Shown here: one piece after another, positions 1 to 20,609 of the stretch
Layout of the letters: every line of letters starts with the position of its first letter
How positions within the stretch are numbered: the first letter of the stretch is position 1
Origin: the human T2T-CHM13v2.0 reference genome, Homo sapiens
Strand: one strand, 5' to 3'
Assembly: GCF_009914755.1 (NCBI RefSeq)
Contig: NC_060940.1
Length of the DNA stretch: 64,000 nt
The notes under the pieces: generated by a model
What the model saw: only the letters and a program-made list of their open reading frames with translations
What the model was told of the DNA's origin: nothing
Database searches by the model: none
Program-made: the position numbers and the translations under genes

Positions 1-114
1 GGAATAAAGGAAGGATTTTGCTTTGTTTGTTTTAAATTCAAAGTTAGTGTTTTTACACTCTCTTGTAATGAAAGATTAAACAGTATTACCCAGTTTCACT
101 TTAAGCCTTGTTGA

Positions 115-420
115 AGTAATTGGTAGCAGACTTGCCCTCCCGTAATAAATAGGAAACTGGAAAAGAAAATTGAACAGCTGGATACAGACATTAGACTACA
201 GGCACTGTGAGGCTGTGATTTCTGTGGGAAGGAAAACACATGACTCCCCTACAATCACCTGGCTTTCTGTCTGAAGGCAATTCTAGACTCCAGCACAGAG
301 AGAGTGAGAGCAAGGTGGTCCTGCTGAGCTGAGGAGAGAGAGGTGAGATTTGGGGGAGGCTAAGGCAGCTGTAACTTGAAAGACTATATCAGAAAAGAGG
401 AAGTTACACAGAGAAAGAGC
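115..420 (+). mobile_element. Old L1M (L1MD/ME-type) 5' region fragment
   Basis: gacttgccctccc...aaaactggaaaag...cagacattagactacaggc...ctggctttctgtctgaaggcaatt resembles old L1M 5'-end consensus; co-oriented with downstream ORF1/ORF2 remnants. Confidence 0.55.
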
Positions 421-442
421 TAAACAAATCTTCGTAAGAATG

Positions 443-530
443 CCAGCTCCTTTGGAGGCTGAAACAAGAGAATCACTTGAGCCCAGCTACGCAAATCCAG
501 CCTGGGCAACATAGTGAGACACCATCTCTT
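443..530 (+). mobile_element. Alu monomer (FLAM/AluJ-like) fragment
   Basis: ggaggctga...atcacttgagccca...ccagcctgggcaacatagtgagac. Confidence 0.7.
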
Positions 531-748
531 TTAGTAAAGCACACACACACACAAAAAAAACCTTCATAAGAGTCTCATTGTGTACACTGATGAGTATTAA
601 GCTGTGCATGTGTAGGGTGAAACTAGGAAACTCTAAGTTCACATATTCCTCAAACTGGAAGACTTTCAAGTTCCAATCACCAGAATGACAGACTTTGTAG
701 AACTTCTGTATCTTTGCAGAACATCTATAAAGGATAGATATATATATC

Positions 749-752
<4 letters not shown>

Positions 753-783
<31 letters not shown>
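753..783. repeat. (CA)n microsatellite
   Basis: about 15 CA units seen directly. Confidence 0.95.
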
Positions 784-6480
<5,697 letters not shown>

Positions 6481-7215
6481 AAAATGAGGTATCACTATAG
6501 ATCTTACAGGCATTAAAAGATAGTAAGAGACTATATTAACAGCTTATACCAATATGTGGTGACTTAGATAAAATAGACAAATTCCCTGAAGGACACAAAT
6601 TACCAAAACTCATGCAAGAAGAAATATAAAATCTGAAAACCCCTTTATATGAAAGAAATTAAACTCACAATTTAAAATAGTTCCACAAAGGAAATACCAA
6701 GTCTAGATAGTTTCACTGATGAATTTTTGCAAATATTTAGGTAAAAAAAATAAAATAAAAAAAAACCAACCAGGCAAAACTGTCTCAGAAAAATAATGAA
6801 CAAGGGAATACTTCCCACAACATTTTGAGGCCAGCATTACTATGATATTACTCTGACAGCCAAAAAGACATTACAAAAAAAAAAAGTACAAACCAATATT
6901 CCTCACGAACATAAAAAATAACTCCTCAACAAATATTAGCAAATCAAGTCCGACAATATTTAAATAGGGTAATACATTATGGCTGTGTGTGTGCTATCCC
7001 AGAAATACAATGTTGTCTTATCATTCAAAAATCAAGAAATAGAATTAGCCATTTTTACACATGAAAAAATAAACCACATGATCGTCTCAATAGGTGCAGA
7101 AAAAGCATTTGACAAAACTTAACACCCATGCATGAAAAAACCTGTGATAAGTCTAGGAATAGAAGAGCATTTTCTCAAAGAGATAATGATAACAAGCATT
7201 TAAAAATCACTACCT

Positions 7216-7528
7216 GGCTGAGTGCAGTGACTCACGCCTGTAATCCTAGCACTTTGGGAGGCCGAGGCGGGTGGATCACGATGTCAGAAGATCGAGACCA
7301 TCCTGACTAACACGGTGAAACACTGTCTCTACTAAAAAATATAAAAAATTAGCCAGGCGTGGTGGCGGGCACCTGTAGTTCCAGCTACTCAGGAGGCTGA
7401 GGCAGGAGAATGGCATAAACCTGAGAGGCAGAGCTTGCAGTGAGCCGAGATCATGCCACTGCACTCCACCCTAGGCGACAGAGTGAGACTCCATCTCAAA
7501 AAAAATAAATAAATAATAAATAAATAAA
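7216..7528 (+). mobile_element. AluY
   Basis: Y-type positions; perfect TSD taaaaatcactacct (7201-7215 / 7529-7543). Confidence 0.93.
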
Positions 7529-8707
7529 TAAAAATCACTACCTACCCTTATACTTTACAGCAAAAGGCCATAAAATTTCCCCCTATGATCAGGAAATGAG
7601 CAAGAATGTCTACTTTACAACTCCCAGTCAACATTTTAATGGTGGTCCTAGCCAGTATATTAAGGAAAGAAAAAGAAATAAAGGTCATAAATCTTAGCAA
7701 TAAAGTAAAACTGTATTTATCCACAGGTGATATGATCATATTCATAGACTGTCATAAGGAATATATTTTTAAACTTATTAATTTAATTAACATAATTATT
7801 AAGTAAATGTATCAATGTCAGAGGATACAAAGTCAGTTATATTTCAATCTACTATCAATCTGAATTGAAATTTTATAAAGATGTAAGTGTCAAAAACCAT
7901 GAAATACTTACAGATTTAACAAAATATTCACAAGACTGCTACACGAAAAACTGCTGAGAAAATGTAAAGAATAGTTTGAGATATACACCACGTTCGTGTA
8001 TTAAAAGATTAAATGTTGTAATAATGTCAGATCTCATAAAATTGATCTATAGATTTAAGGCAATCATCATCAAAATCTCATTAGGATTATTTGAAGAAAT
8101 TAACAAGGTGATTCTGAAAGGTAGATAGCAATGCCAACAACTTAGAATAGTCAAAATTATTTTGAAAAAAGAACAAAGCTGGAAAATTTATACTACCTTT
8201 AAGACGTACTATGCAGCTTCACTAATAAAAACAACTTTGTAATAAGAATAGAATAGAAGCAAATGGAACAGAATAGAGATTCTAGGAAAAGATTAACACG
8301 TATCAAGTTATTACCAAGCCAAGTCAGTTGGTTTTCTATTAAGATTCCAAAGTTCCAATTTAATTCAATGGGAAGAGATAGTCTTTTGAACAAAAGGTTC
8401 TGAAAGAACTAGAGGTCTATTGGAAATTAACCTTAACCCTTATCTCACATCAAACAATTTTATTAACTCAAGATGGATCTTAGACCTGTATCTAAAAGAT
8501 TAAAATTTCTGGAAGACAGGAGAAGTCTTTGCAAACTGTGGAGCAGACAATGGTTACTTAGAATATAGAAGACGCTAAACATTTAAAACAGTTAATAAAT
8601 TGGGCTTCAACAAAATTTTAAACTTTTACTCTTTGAAAAACACTTGAAATCACAAGACACAGACTCGAATAAAATATGTGCAATGCCTATATCTAAACAA
8701 ATATTTG

Positions 8708-8912
8708 TTTTTTGGTTTTAAGTTCTTGGATACAAGCGCAGAACATGCAGGTTTGTTAACATAGGTAAACTTGTGCCATGGTGGTCTGCTGCACCTATCA
8801 ACCCATCTAAGCCCCACATGCATTAACTACTCATCCTGATGCTTTCCCTCCCCCAACCCCCTGACAGGCCCCAATGTGTATTGTTCCCCTCCCTGTGTCC
8901 ATGTGTTCTCAT
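8708..8912 (-). mobile_element. Short L1PA 3'-end insertion
   Basis: Reverse-strand L1PA 3'UTR (catgcaggtttgtt...ctgcacctatcaaccc...ccctgtgtccatg); TSD aacaaatatttg on both sides. Confidence 0.9.
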
Positions 8913-9059
8913 CCGAACAAATATTTGCATCCAAAATATAAAAGGAACAATTACAAGTTAATAGAAAGAACACAGCAACCCAATTTTTGAAATGGGGAGA
9001 ACATCTGAATAGACACTCTGAAAAAGTTGTACATGCAATAATTAAGTATAAGAAATAAG

Positions 9060-9503
9060 AAGAAGAAATAAAGTATAACCTAACTACATCTTAAGAAACT
9101 AGAAAAAGAAGTGCAAACTAAACATAAAGCTAGCAGTAGGAAGATTGGAGCAGAGATGAATGAAGCCAAGAATAGAAAGATAATAGAGAAAATCACCAAA
9201 GTTAGTCCTTCGAAAAGGCTAGCACAATTTACAAAACTTTAGGCTGACTACACAAAAAAGAAAGAAGATACAAATATCTAAAAATCACAATAAAAATTGG
9301 GACTTTACTACCAACCTTAAAAAACTAAAAGAATTACAAGACAATACTATGAACAATTGTACACCAACAAGTTAGATAACCTAGAAGAGATGGAAAAATT
9401 TTTAGAAACACAAAACTACCAAAATTGACCCAAGAAGAAATAAAACCCCGAACAGACCTATAGCAAGTAAAGAGATAAAATCAGTCATTAAAAGCTTTCC
9501 AAC
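9060..9503 (+). mobile_element. L1M ORF2 fragment (region after the endonuclease domain)
   Basis: aagaaactagaaaaagaag; aatactatgaacaattgtacaccaacaagttagataacctagaaga. Confidence 0.8.
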
Positions 9504-9504
9504 A

Positions 9505-9783
9505 GGCCGGACACAGTGCCTCACGCCTGTAATCTCAGCACTTTGGAAGGCTGAGGTTGGTGCATCACCTGAGGTCAGAAGTTCAAGACCAGCCTGGCTA
9601 ACATGGTGAAATGCCATCTCTATTAAAATACAAAAATTAGCTGGGCATGGTGGCGCACACCTGTAATCCCAGCTACTCAGGAGGCTAAGGCAGGAGAATC
9701 GCTTGAACCCAGGAGGCGGAGGTTGTCGTGAGCCAAGATCGTGCCTTGGGCGACAAGAGCAAAACTCCGTCTCAAAAAAAAAA
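9505..9783 (+). mobile_element. AluS with small 3' deletion, no evident TSD
   Basis: Alu dimer; segment ccactgcactccag missing. Confidence 0.9.
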
Positions 9784-9789
9784 GCAAAA

Positions 9790-10350
9790 CAAGGGGGTCA
9801 ATTAATCAAAAGGACAAGACAATTCCTAAACATTTATAACCTAGTAACTGATCTTCAAATTCATGAGGCAGCAACTGGTTGAACCATAAAGAGAAATAGA
9901 CAAATCCAAAATCAGAGTTTATTTCAAAGTCCATTTCAATTATCTATAGAAGAAAGAGAAAATCAGTAAATGCACAGAAGGTTTGAGAAACAATACGAAC
10001 CAATTTGATCTAATTGACATTTATAGAGCACTCTGCCAACAAAAGAAAGATCTCACACCTTCTTTTCAACTGCACATGGAACACTTACGACATTTACCAA
10101 AACACATCATATTCTGAGCCATGAAATATGGTTCAATAAATTTAAAATATTCAAGTCATACAAAATGTGTTCTCTGACCACAAAGGAATTAGACATCAGT
10201 AACACAAAGAACTCTGGAAAATCCCCTACATATGTGAAAACTAAATAAAACACTTTTATATAATCCATGGCTCAAAGAAGAAATCAGGGAAATTAGGAAG
10301 TGTATTGAACTGAATAAAAATAAAAACATAGCATATTAAACTTTGTGGGA
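9790..10350 (+). mobile_element. L1M ORF2 endonuclease fragment
   Basis: gagaaatagacaaatcc; tctaattgacatttatagagcactc; tgtgttctctgaccacaaaggaatt. Confidence 0.8.
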
Positions 10351-10594
10351 ACTGGGGAGAGGAATTTCAGCTCTTACCTCACAACACACACACAAATTAG
10401 GTCCTAGACCTAAATCTAAAACCTAAACTACAAAACTTGTAGAAGAAATCTTAAAAGAAAATCTTTGTGATCTTGGGATACAGTAGGATTTCTTACACAG
10501 GACACAAAAAAGTATGTATCATGAAAGAAAAAAAGATTTCATCCAAATAAAAAAATTCTGCTTTTCGGAAAGACTGTATTTTAAAAAGGAAAAG

Positions 10595-10720
10595 GGCCAT
10601 GTGTAGTGGCTCATGCCTGTAATCCCAACACTCTGGAAGGTGGAGGTGGGAGGACTGCTTAAGGCCAGAAGTTTGAGACCAGCCTGGGCAAGATAGTGAG
10701 ACCCTATCTCTACAGAAAAA
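10595..10720 (+). mobile_element. FLAM-type Alu monomer
   Basis: Single left-arm-like monomer ggccatgtgtagtggctc...gagaccctatctctaca. Confidence 0.8.
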
Positions 10721-10902
10721 TGAATAGAAATTAAAAGCAAAAGACAAGTCACAGACAGGGAGAAAATACTTGCTAAAAACATATTTGATAAAGGAAATAT
10801 CTTGAGAATATTTAAAGGATTCTCAAAATACAATATTTTTAAAGACTAATTTTAAAATTGAACAAAAAATTTGAACAAACATTCCACCAAAGAAGATATA
10901 TA

Positions 10903-11275
10903 CATATGCTCAACTTATGATGGGGTCACATCTCAATAAACCCATCTTAAGTTGAAAATACTGTAAGCCAAAAATACGTTTAATACACTTATCCTGTGGT
11001 ACATCAGAGCTTAGTCTATCCTACCTCAAATGTGCTCACAAAACTTACATTAGCCTACAGCTTGGCAAAATAATCTAACACAAAGCCTATTTTATAATAA
11101 AGTGTTGACTATCTCATGTAATTTATTGAATACCTTACCAGAATCCAATAAATGGTTGAAAATAAAAAATAGAATGGGTATATGGGTACTCAAAGTATAG
11201 TTTCTACTGAATTCCTATCACTTTTGCACCAAGTTGAAAAATTGTAGTGAAACAATTGTAAATTGGGGACATCTG
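10903..11275 (+). mobile_element. MER47A (TcMar-Tigger non-autonomous DNA transposon)
   Basis: caacttatgatggggt...aataaacccatc...cttacattagcctacag...ggggacatctg; TA on both flanks. Confidence 0.85.
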
Positions 11276-12069
11276 TAGATGGAAAAATAGGCACATGAAA
11301 AAGAAGCTCAACATAATTGGTGACTAGGGAAATTAAGGCCACAATGAGATGCCACTACACTCCTATCAGAATGACAATAAAAAAAAATCTATCAATACTA
11401 AGTGATGGTAAGGGCATGGAGCAAATGGAATTCTATGCAGAGCTCGTGGAAATGCAAAGTGCTACAGCCACTTTGGAAAACAGTTTCTTCTAAAGCTACT
11501 CATGCAATTACCATACGAACCAATAATCCCAATCTTAGATATTTACTCAAAAGAAATAAAACATATGTCCGCTGAAAGACCTGAACATGAATATTTATAG
11601 CAGCCTATTCATAATCACTCAAACCAGGAAAAAGCCCAAATACTAATCAACTGGTGAACACAAATTATGGTATAGCCTTATAATGAAATACTACATGGAA
11701 ATAAAAAGGAAGGAATTACTAAGTACACGCAACAGTATTAATAAACCAAGTGTATTGTGCTGAGTGAAAAAAAAAAGGCCACGCACAAACATTTCATACT
11801 CCAATTCCATTTACATGATTATCTAGAAAATGCAAAACTATAGAGTCATCAACCAGATGAAGTTGTCAGGGGTTGGGGCAGAGATAGGGAATTGACTATA
11901 AAGGAGGTGACAGAACTTTTTGGGGTGATGAAAATATTCTGTATTATGGTTATAGTGGTGTTTACAATACTATAAATGTCAAAAATCACTTACCTATATG
12001 TGTAAATGAGCTGAATTTTACTGCATGTAAACTGGCCTTCAATAATCCTTACTTCAGAAAAATAATAAA

Positions 12070-13560
<1,491 letters not shown>

Positions 13561-13566
13561 TAAACA

Positions 13567-14258
13567 TGTTCTGTTTACAGATATCTAGCCTTGAGAGATA
13601 AAGAAAGGATAACAAGTTCCAAATGTATTCATGAACAGCGTGTGCTTGATAAGAAAGCAAAAGTAACCACGTCGTGCTGGTCTGCAAGTGGGAGCTGGAA
13701 GAATGTTATAGCTCCTAACATGGGAAACGTTGACTAGCTGAGTGAAAGAAAGGATATCAGTCAATAAGTGCTCCACGTATGCACATGCCAGGAATAAAGT
13801 CTGTGCAATTTAATCCCTGTTTCTGATGGAATGAGCTGGGCAAGGGCTGGTGAGTTGAGGGCTCCTACTTCTTTCTGGAGTAGGGATGCAGCTCAAACAA
13901 GGTCTGGAGCCTGATTTAGGAGGGAAGGCTGGAGTGCTCAACCTTGCCTTCCTCTGCAACAAGCCTGGTGGTGGTACCCAGAGGTCAAGCCTAGTATAAA
14001 TCACCACTGCTGCCGGCCGCATCTTGTGCCAATGAGAACATCCAAATCAGGGAGGGTCTTGCTGTAGGGTCACCAGAGAGAGGAAAGGTTTATACTGCCT
14101 CTATCTTCTTTATTCACTGCCCCCAGTAAGAGTCTCATCCCGTTTGAGACAGGAGTGGGAGCATCCAGTTCAACGGTTGCATCCAGATGGATTTGGAGTG
14201 ATCAGAATCTTTCTCCCCACTCAGGTCTTAATTGCTCTAGTTAATTAAGACTGCAACC
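13567..14258. mobile_element. Possible solo LTR, family not recognised
   Basis: About 690-bp GC-richer block interrupting AT-rich L1-like sequence; TGTT...AAC termini; internal TATAAA and AATAAA; no clear TSD. Confidence 0.35.
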
Positions 14259-14434
14259 TCATGTGGGTAAAACTACAAATGCTCATTGAGAAAATGTGCG
14301 ATAGAAGTTGAATAAATCAAACTATGCTCCTGAAGAGGGAGTTATCAATCTTCCCCAATCAATCCATAGGTTTGGTTTAATGTGATTGAAATCAAGATCC
14401 CAATAGGATGAGTTTTGAACTTCACAAAATTGTG

Positions 14435-14672
14435 AGAATAACTAGCATGCTTAAAGCTTACTCTGTGCCAATTATTAATATATGAGCTGTACGTATTTTA
14501 ACTATTGATTCTCACTACAACCCCCTAAAGATACTTTCTTTGTACAGATGAGGACACTGAGGCATATACAAAGGTCAAGCAATCTGCCCAGGTGTTTCAG
14601 GGCTGGAAGGCATCAACTGAGGATTTAAAATCAGTAAATCCGGCTCCAGAGTCTATGATCTGAACTCCTCTA
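14435..14672 (-). mobile_element. MIR
   Basis: tacagatgaggacactgaggc...ggctccagagtc is the reverse MIR core. Confidence 0.75.
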
Positions 14673-15206
14673 CAACTTGTATTTTAAAATGAAACTGGAA
14701 AAATAAATACGACTATCAAAGAATAACACTAATGGAAGCAAACCAGCCCTAACCACTATCTCAAGATAGGACAGACAGCGTGCTACTATATGAGAAGAGA
14801 TCAAGGCAGTTGGTGGAACAAAACCAATCACTAAGAAACAGAATCCATTGTGTACATCAGTTTAATTAAAGGTGTTTCTGAAATCAGAGACAGACATTTT
14901 AATAAATTTTGTTAGCACAACATGCTAAAACTGCAAGGGGAATGTAAAGATTCACTTTCAATTGTGGATTTTTCTTTTCACCATCCACAAACAGAAATCC
15001 CAGCTGGATTAAACAATTAAATAAAATTATATCATAAAAATAGAATAAATATTATTAAATGTTTATCAACTTATTAAGGGAGAAGGAAAGACTATGTAAT
15101 AAATTATAAAGGGAAACAGCAACTGACTTGATAACATACAAATGTAAAACTTCCATTCACCAAATAGAAACGCGAACAAAAAAATCATAACAGATATAAC
15201 TTTTTA

Positions 15207-15478
<272 letters not shown>

Positions 15479-15777
15479 GATTTTTTTCAGAAATCAAAAA
15501 ATAAAATACTAAAACCCAGTAGAAAAATTGGCATACGCAGAAAACCTACAGAAGAGACACTAAAGGTTAATAAATTCATTTTTTATTTAATGAAAGATGC
15601 AAATTAAAATAATAGGTCACCTTACACATCCCCTTATTGAAAAAGATTTCTTTTAAATAATGGTAGTTGTGATATAAACTCATGCAAACTCTCTGTAATG
15701 CAATTTAGCAAAACAGTATAGTTACATTTTGTCTGATTTTAAATTAAGTGAATTTAAAAGTGGGATAAACATATTAA

Positions 15778-16135
<358 letters not shown>

Positions 16136-16202
16136 TTAAAAAATTGAAAAACATAGGAAACTTACAGACCTTTCTAGCCAAGTGAGTTGTAAACTGTGGA
16201 GA

Positions 16203-16458
16203 AGCAGCATGGCATGGTAGTTAGGGATTCGGACTCCAGGGCTAAGCTGCCTGGGTTCAAATTCCAGTTCTGCCATTTATAAGCTGTGTGACCTTGGACA
16301 AATTGCTTTCTCTCCCTGTGCCTTGGTTTCTTCATCTATGACGTGAGTGAGACTAATAATAACCATGTCATACGATGTCACAAGTATTAAAAGAGTTAAT
16401 ATATTTAAGTACTTAGAACACAGCCAAGCATACGCAAATATTACCCAGTATTTGTTAT
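16203..16458 (+). mobile_element. MIR, near full length
   Basis: gcctgggttcaaattccagttctgcca...gctgtgtgaccttggacaa...acttagaaca. Confidence 0.85.
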
Positions 16459-16699
16459 GGCGAGGATGAAGATGATGGTCGTGGTGATGATGATGATGAT
16501 GGCTGATGCTGCCACATGAAGGCAACACGTTAGCAGAAAACAACCCACTAATCTTTGTCATTATCCTAAGACTCATGTTGCTGTTAAATGTCAGAACTTA
16601 TGCAGATGATTTTGGTGGGCATTTGTTATTTTACTACAGTATAGAGTAAAAATAGATTATAGTAAAAAGTATTTTTTTAATTTAAATTGTTTGTGTATT

Positions 16700-17008
<309 letters not shown>

Positions 17009-17739
17009 TTATAACAATTTTTATTAAATAATAATGCTATGGCTATTGCTGAAATGGTACCCCTAAACCATTCCCTTTAAAGCAGAAGTTAGATATTACA
17101 CAACATTATAAGAAGGGTCATATAAGAAGGGTCAAAAGCCATCATGCTACATTAGGCCCTTTGAAAAAAGTATCAGAATAACGCTGTAGAATATAGAATC
17201 ATTAAAGCAAAATTAGACTATAGGTTAATGATTTATGCACACAAGAATACACTCTCACACACATTCTACATTTATCCCAATAAGAAAATAACTCGACAAA
17301 ATAAAATAAAAATAAAAAATAAAAAAATTATAAAAAAGAAAATCAGTCTTAGATTTGCAGTCTTCAGAAGTACTTCCCTCACATAAAATGCAACTGCCTG
17401 GTAAAGGCAGATCAATAAACAAACAACAGTCAAGTCCTTTATGTACTAGCATCAAAACGTATAAAGCAATTACTATAAAAATTTCAAGGAAAAACTGACC
17501 AAAAATTACAGTAACACACTTCATATTTTATAAAGTAGGTAGACACAGACACCAATCATCTATTAGTCTTCAAAAATAGAATTTGTACAGACCACGTGAT
17601 CTCACCACTCCACCACTTAGTAAAACAATAAATAGTACCTCTCAAAGCATGTAGTCAAAGCTGTATTCATCCATGCTTCCATGCTTTCATTATTAAACAA
17701 AAAAAAAAAAAACAATAAAAATAATTCCTTTACCAGGTA

Positions 17740-17865
17740 GTTGCAGGAGGCTGAGGTGGGAGGATCACCCGACCCTGGGAGGTCACGGCTGCAGTGAGCG
17801 GTGATCATGCCCCTGCACTCCAGCCTGGGTGACGGAATGAGACCTTGTCTCAAAAATAAATAAAT
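17740..17865 (+). mobile_element. Alu right-arm fragment (AluJ/FRAM-like)
   Basis: ggaggctgaggtgggaggatc...ggctgcagtgagc...gagaccttgtctcaaaaa. Confidence 0.85.
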
Positions 17866-18026
17866 AAGTAAAATTTAAAAAAGAAAAGCATTTTATAAAA
17901 TACAGCATTCTTCTCGATTATTAAAAATCTCCCAATAAAATAAGTATACTTCTCTAAGAAATATCAATATTAAACAGCAAGCCAGCAAGTAATAGTACAC
18001 TTTTTAAAAATACTAAAGCCATTCTC

Positions 18027-18261
18027 TTCATTTTATTTAAATTTGCTTTAAAGTGTTGCCTCCCAAGTAGCTAGGACTACAAGTGCACACCACCATGCTC
18101 TGCTAATTTAAAAAAAAAAAAAATTGTAGAGATGGTGGGGGCTGGGGGGAGGGGGCTCACTATGTTGCCCATGCTGGTCTCGAACTTTTGGCCTTAAGCA
18201 ATCTTCCTACTTCATCCTCCCAAACTGCTGGTAGTATGGATGTGAGCCACCACTCCCAGCC
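18027..18261 (-). mobile_element. AluJ with internal deletion
   Basis: Reverse Alu left arm plus part of right arm; TSD actaaag(c/g)cattctc at 18012-18026 and 18262-18276. Confidence 0.85.
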
Positions 18262-18766
18262 ACTAAAGGCATTCTCATTAAAATACACAAGACAAGGATG
18301 CCCATAATCACTTATGTTATTTCAGATTATGGTGACAGTTCTATGTACCTTTGCAATAATGCAAGAAAAGTAAGTGAGGCACCTACTGGAAAGGAGACAG
18401 ACCACATACAATACAGGTGTACATCTATGAAACAAAACAATTGTCAACAACTGAAACTAATGAGAGTTTTCTAAAGTGTCTTATCATACTGGTTACTCAA
18501 AATTCAATGGCTGGTTACAGTTTGAGATTATGAAAACATTTTCCAGATGGATAGTGGTGATGTGACTGTACCTAATTCCACTAAACTGTACACTTAAAAA
18601 TTGCTGAAGTGGTTACTCTTATGTTTAATGTATTTTACCACAGAAGAAAATCAATAACTTGGATTACCTGGAATAAGGCTGTAACTATACAAGCGTTCAA
18701 TGATTATTTGTTAAATATATGACTAGTTCTGAAAAGTTCATGGGGAAAACATACTCATTCACAATA

Positions 18767-18878
18767 GGGAAGGAGGGCGGGCAGGCAGGCAGGCGACGGA
18801 AGGGAGGAGGGAGGGAAGGGAGGGAAGGAAAGACAAGGATAAGAGAGAGAGAGAGAAAGGGAGGGAGAGAGAGAGAGA
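18767..18878. repeat. Purine-rich simple repeat (GGAA/GGCA/GA)n
   Basis: Seen directly. Confidence 0.85.
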
Positions 18879-19205
18879 CATGACTCACATGAAGCTAAAA
18901 ATGTTTATTAAGGGACATCAAAAACAACTTGAGTTTTTTTTTTTTAAGGCATGTCATTTTCCTGGATGAAAACATTCAATACTGCAAAGAACTAAAATTT
19001 CCCCAAATGAATCTGTGAATATAATTCAATTCCAGTCAAAATATCAGCAGGATTTCACTTTCAGAATTTGACACAATAATTGTAAGGTTCATCTGGAATA
19101 ATAAATGACTGAGAACAGCCAAGAAGATTTTGAACATTAGTAACAAGGAAAGAGGAGCCACATCAGAAATGCATCAAGGGCTATTGATGCATTTCACAAG
19201 ACTAG

Positions 19206-19636
<431 letters not shown>

Positions 19637-20122
19637 AGAAATATCTTAATTTCATAAATTGTGCCAGGATACATCACTATCTTTAAAACTCAGAACCCAA
19701 ATCACAGAATATCAAAATATCAAGTTCTCTTAACACACTTTACACTTCACAGAGCACAGCTTTTCATTTCACTTCCAATAGTCATGTATTTTTAAAAATA
19801 AAATAGATATATTAAAAGTATGTTAAAAAAAACAAATGTTTTCATAAAAACAAGAACACATAAATCAAGAAAAATGTTTTAAAGGGTGATGGTAATGGTA
19901 ACAAACCAAGAGATTAATAAACAATAGAAAGTTTAGAAACAGCACCTAGTGTATACATGACTGAAGTATATAGTAATTGTAATGTTTTAAGTTACTAGGA
20001 AAAGAATAAATTATTAAACATTTGCCATTGAGGGAACTAATCATTTGTGGGGAAAAATAGAGCTATTCCCTAAATCACAGCACACACTAAAATGAATTCC
20101 AAATGGATTAAAGAGTTTAATT

Positions 20123-20435
<313 letters not shown>

Positions 20436-20609
20436 TTAACAAATATGTACCAAGTACAAAATTATTCTATTTATATTAAAATTATTATATATATTTACCA
20501 AGTACAAAATTATTAATACAAGCAAGATCACTGTGGGGCAGTGAGGACATAACCATGGAGAAAACCCCCATTTATTCCACAGTCTTGGAGTTGCAGTTTA
20601 GCTGAGGCT

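Larger units (their letters stand above)
6495..9055 (+). mobile_element. Old L1M ORF2 continuation (RT region toward 3' end)
   Basis: Resumes after the L1PA TSD (ctatagatcttacaggcattaaaag); gaggccagcattac; gcagaaaaagcatttgacaaaa; tggaacagaatagag. Confidence 0.82.
10365..12060 (+). mobile_element. L1M ORF2 3' end and 3'UTR (L1MC/ME-type), interrupted by FLAM and MER47A
   Basis: acaagtcacagacagggagaaaata; acaatgagatgccactacac; agccactttggaaaacagt; ttttggggtgatgaaaatattctgtat. Confidence 0.8.

Noticed and set aside
16277-16576. His-rich ORF
   Set aside because: Produced by an (ATG)n-like simple repeat next to a MIR
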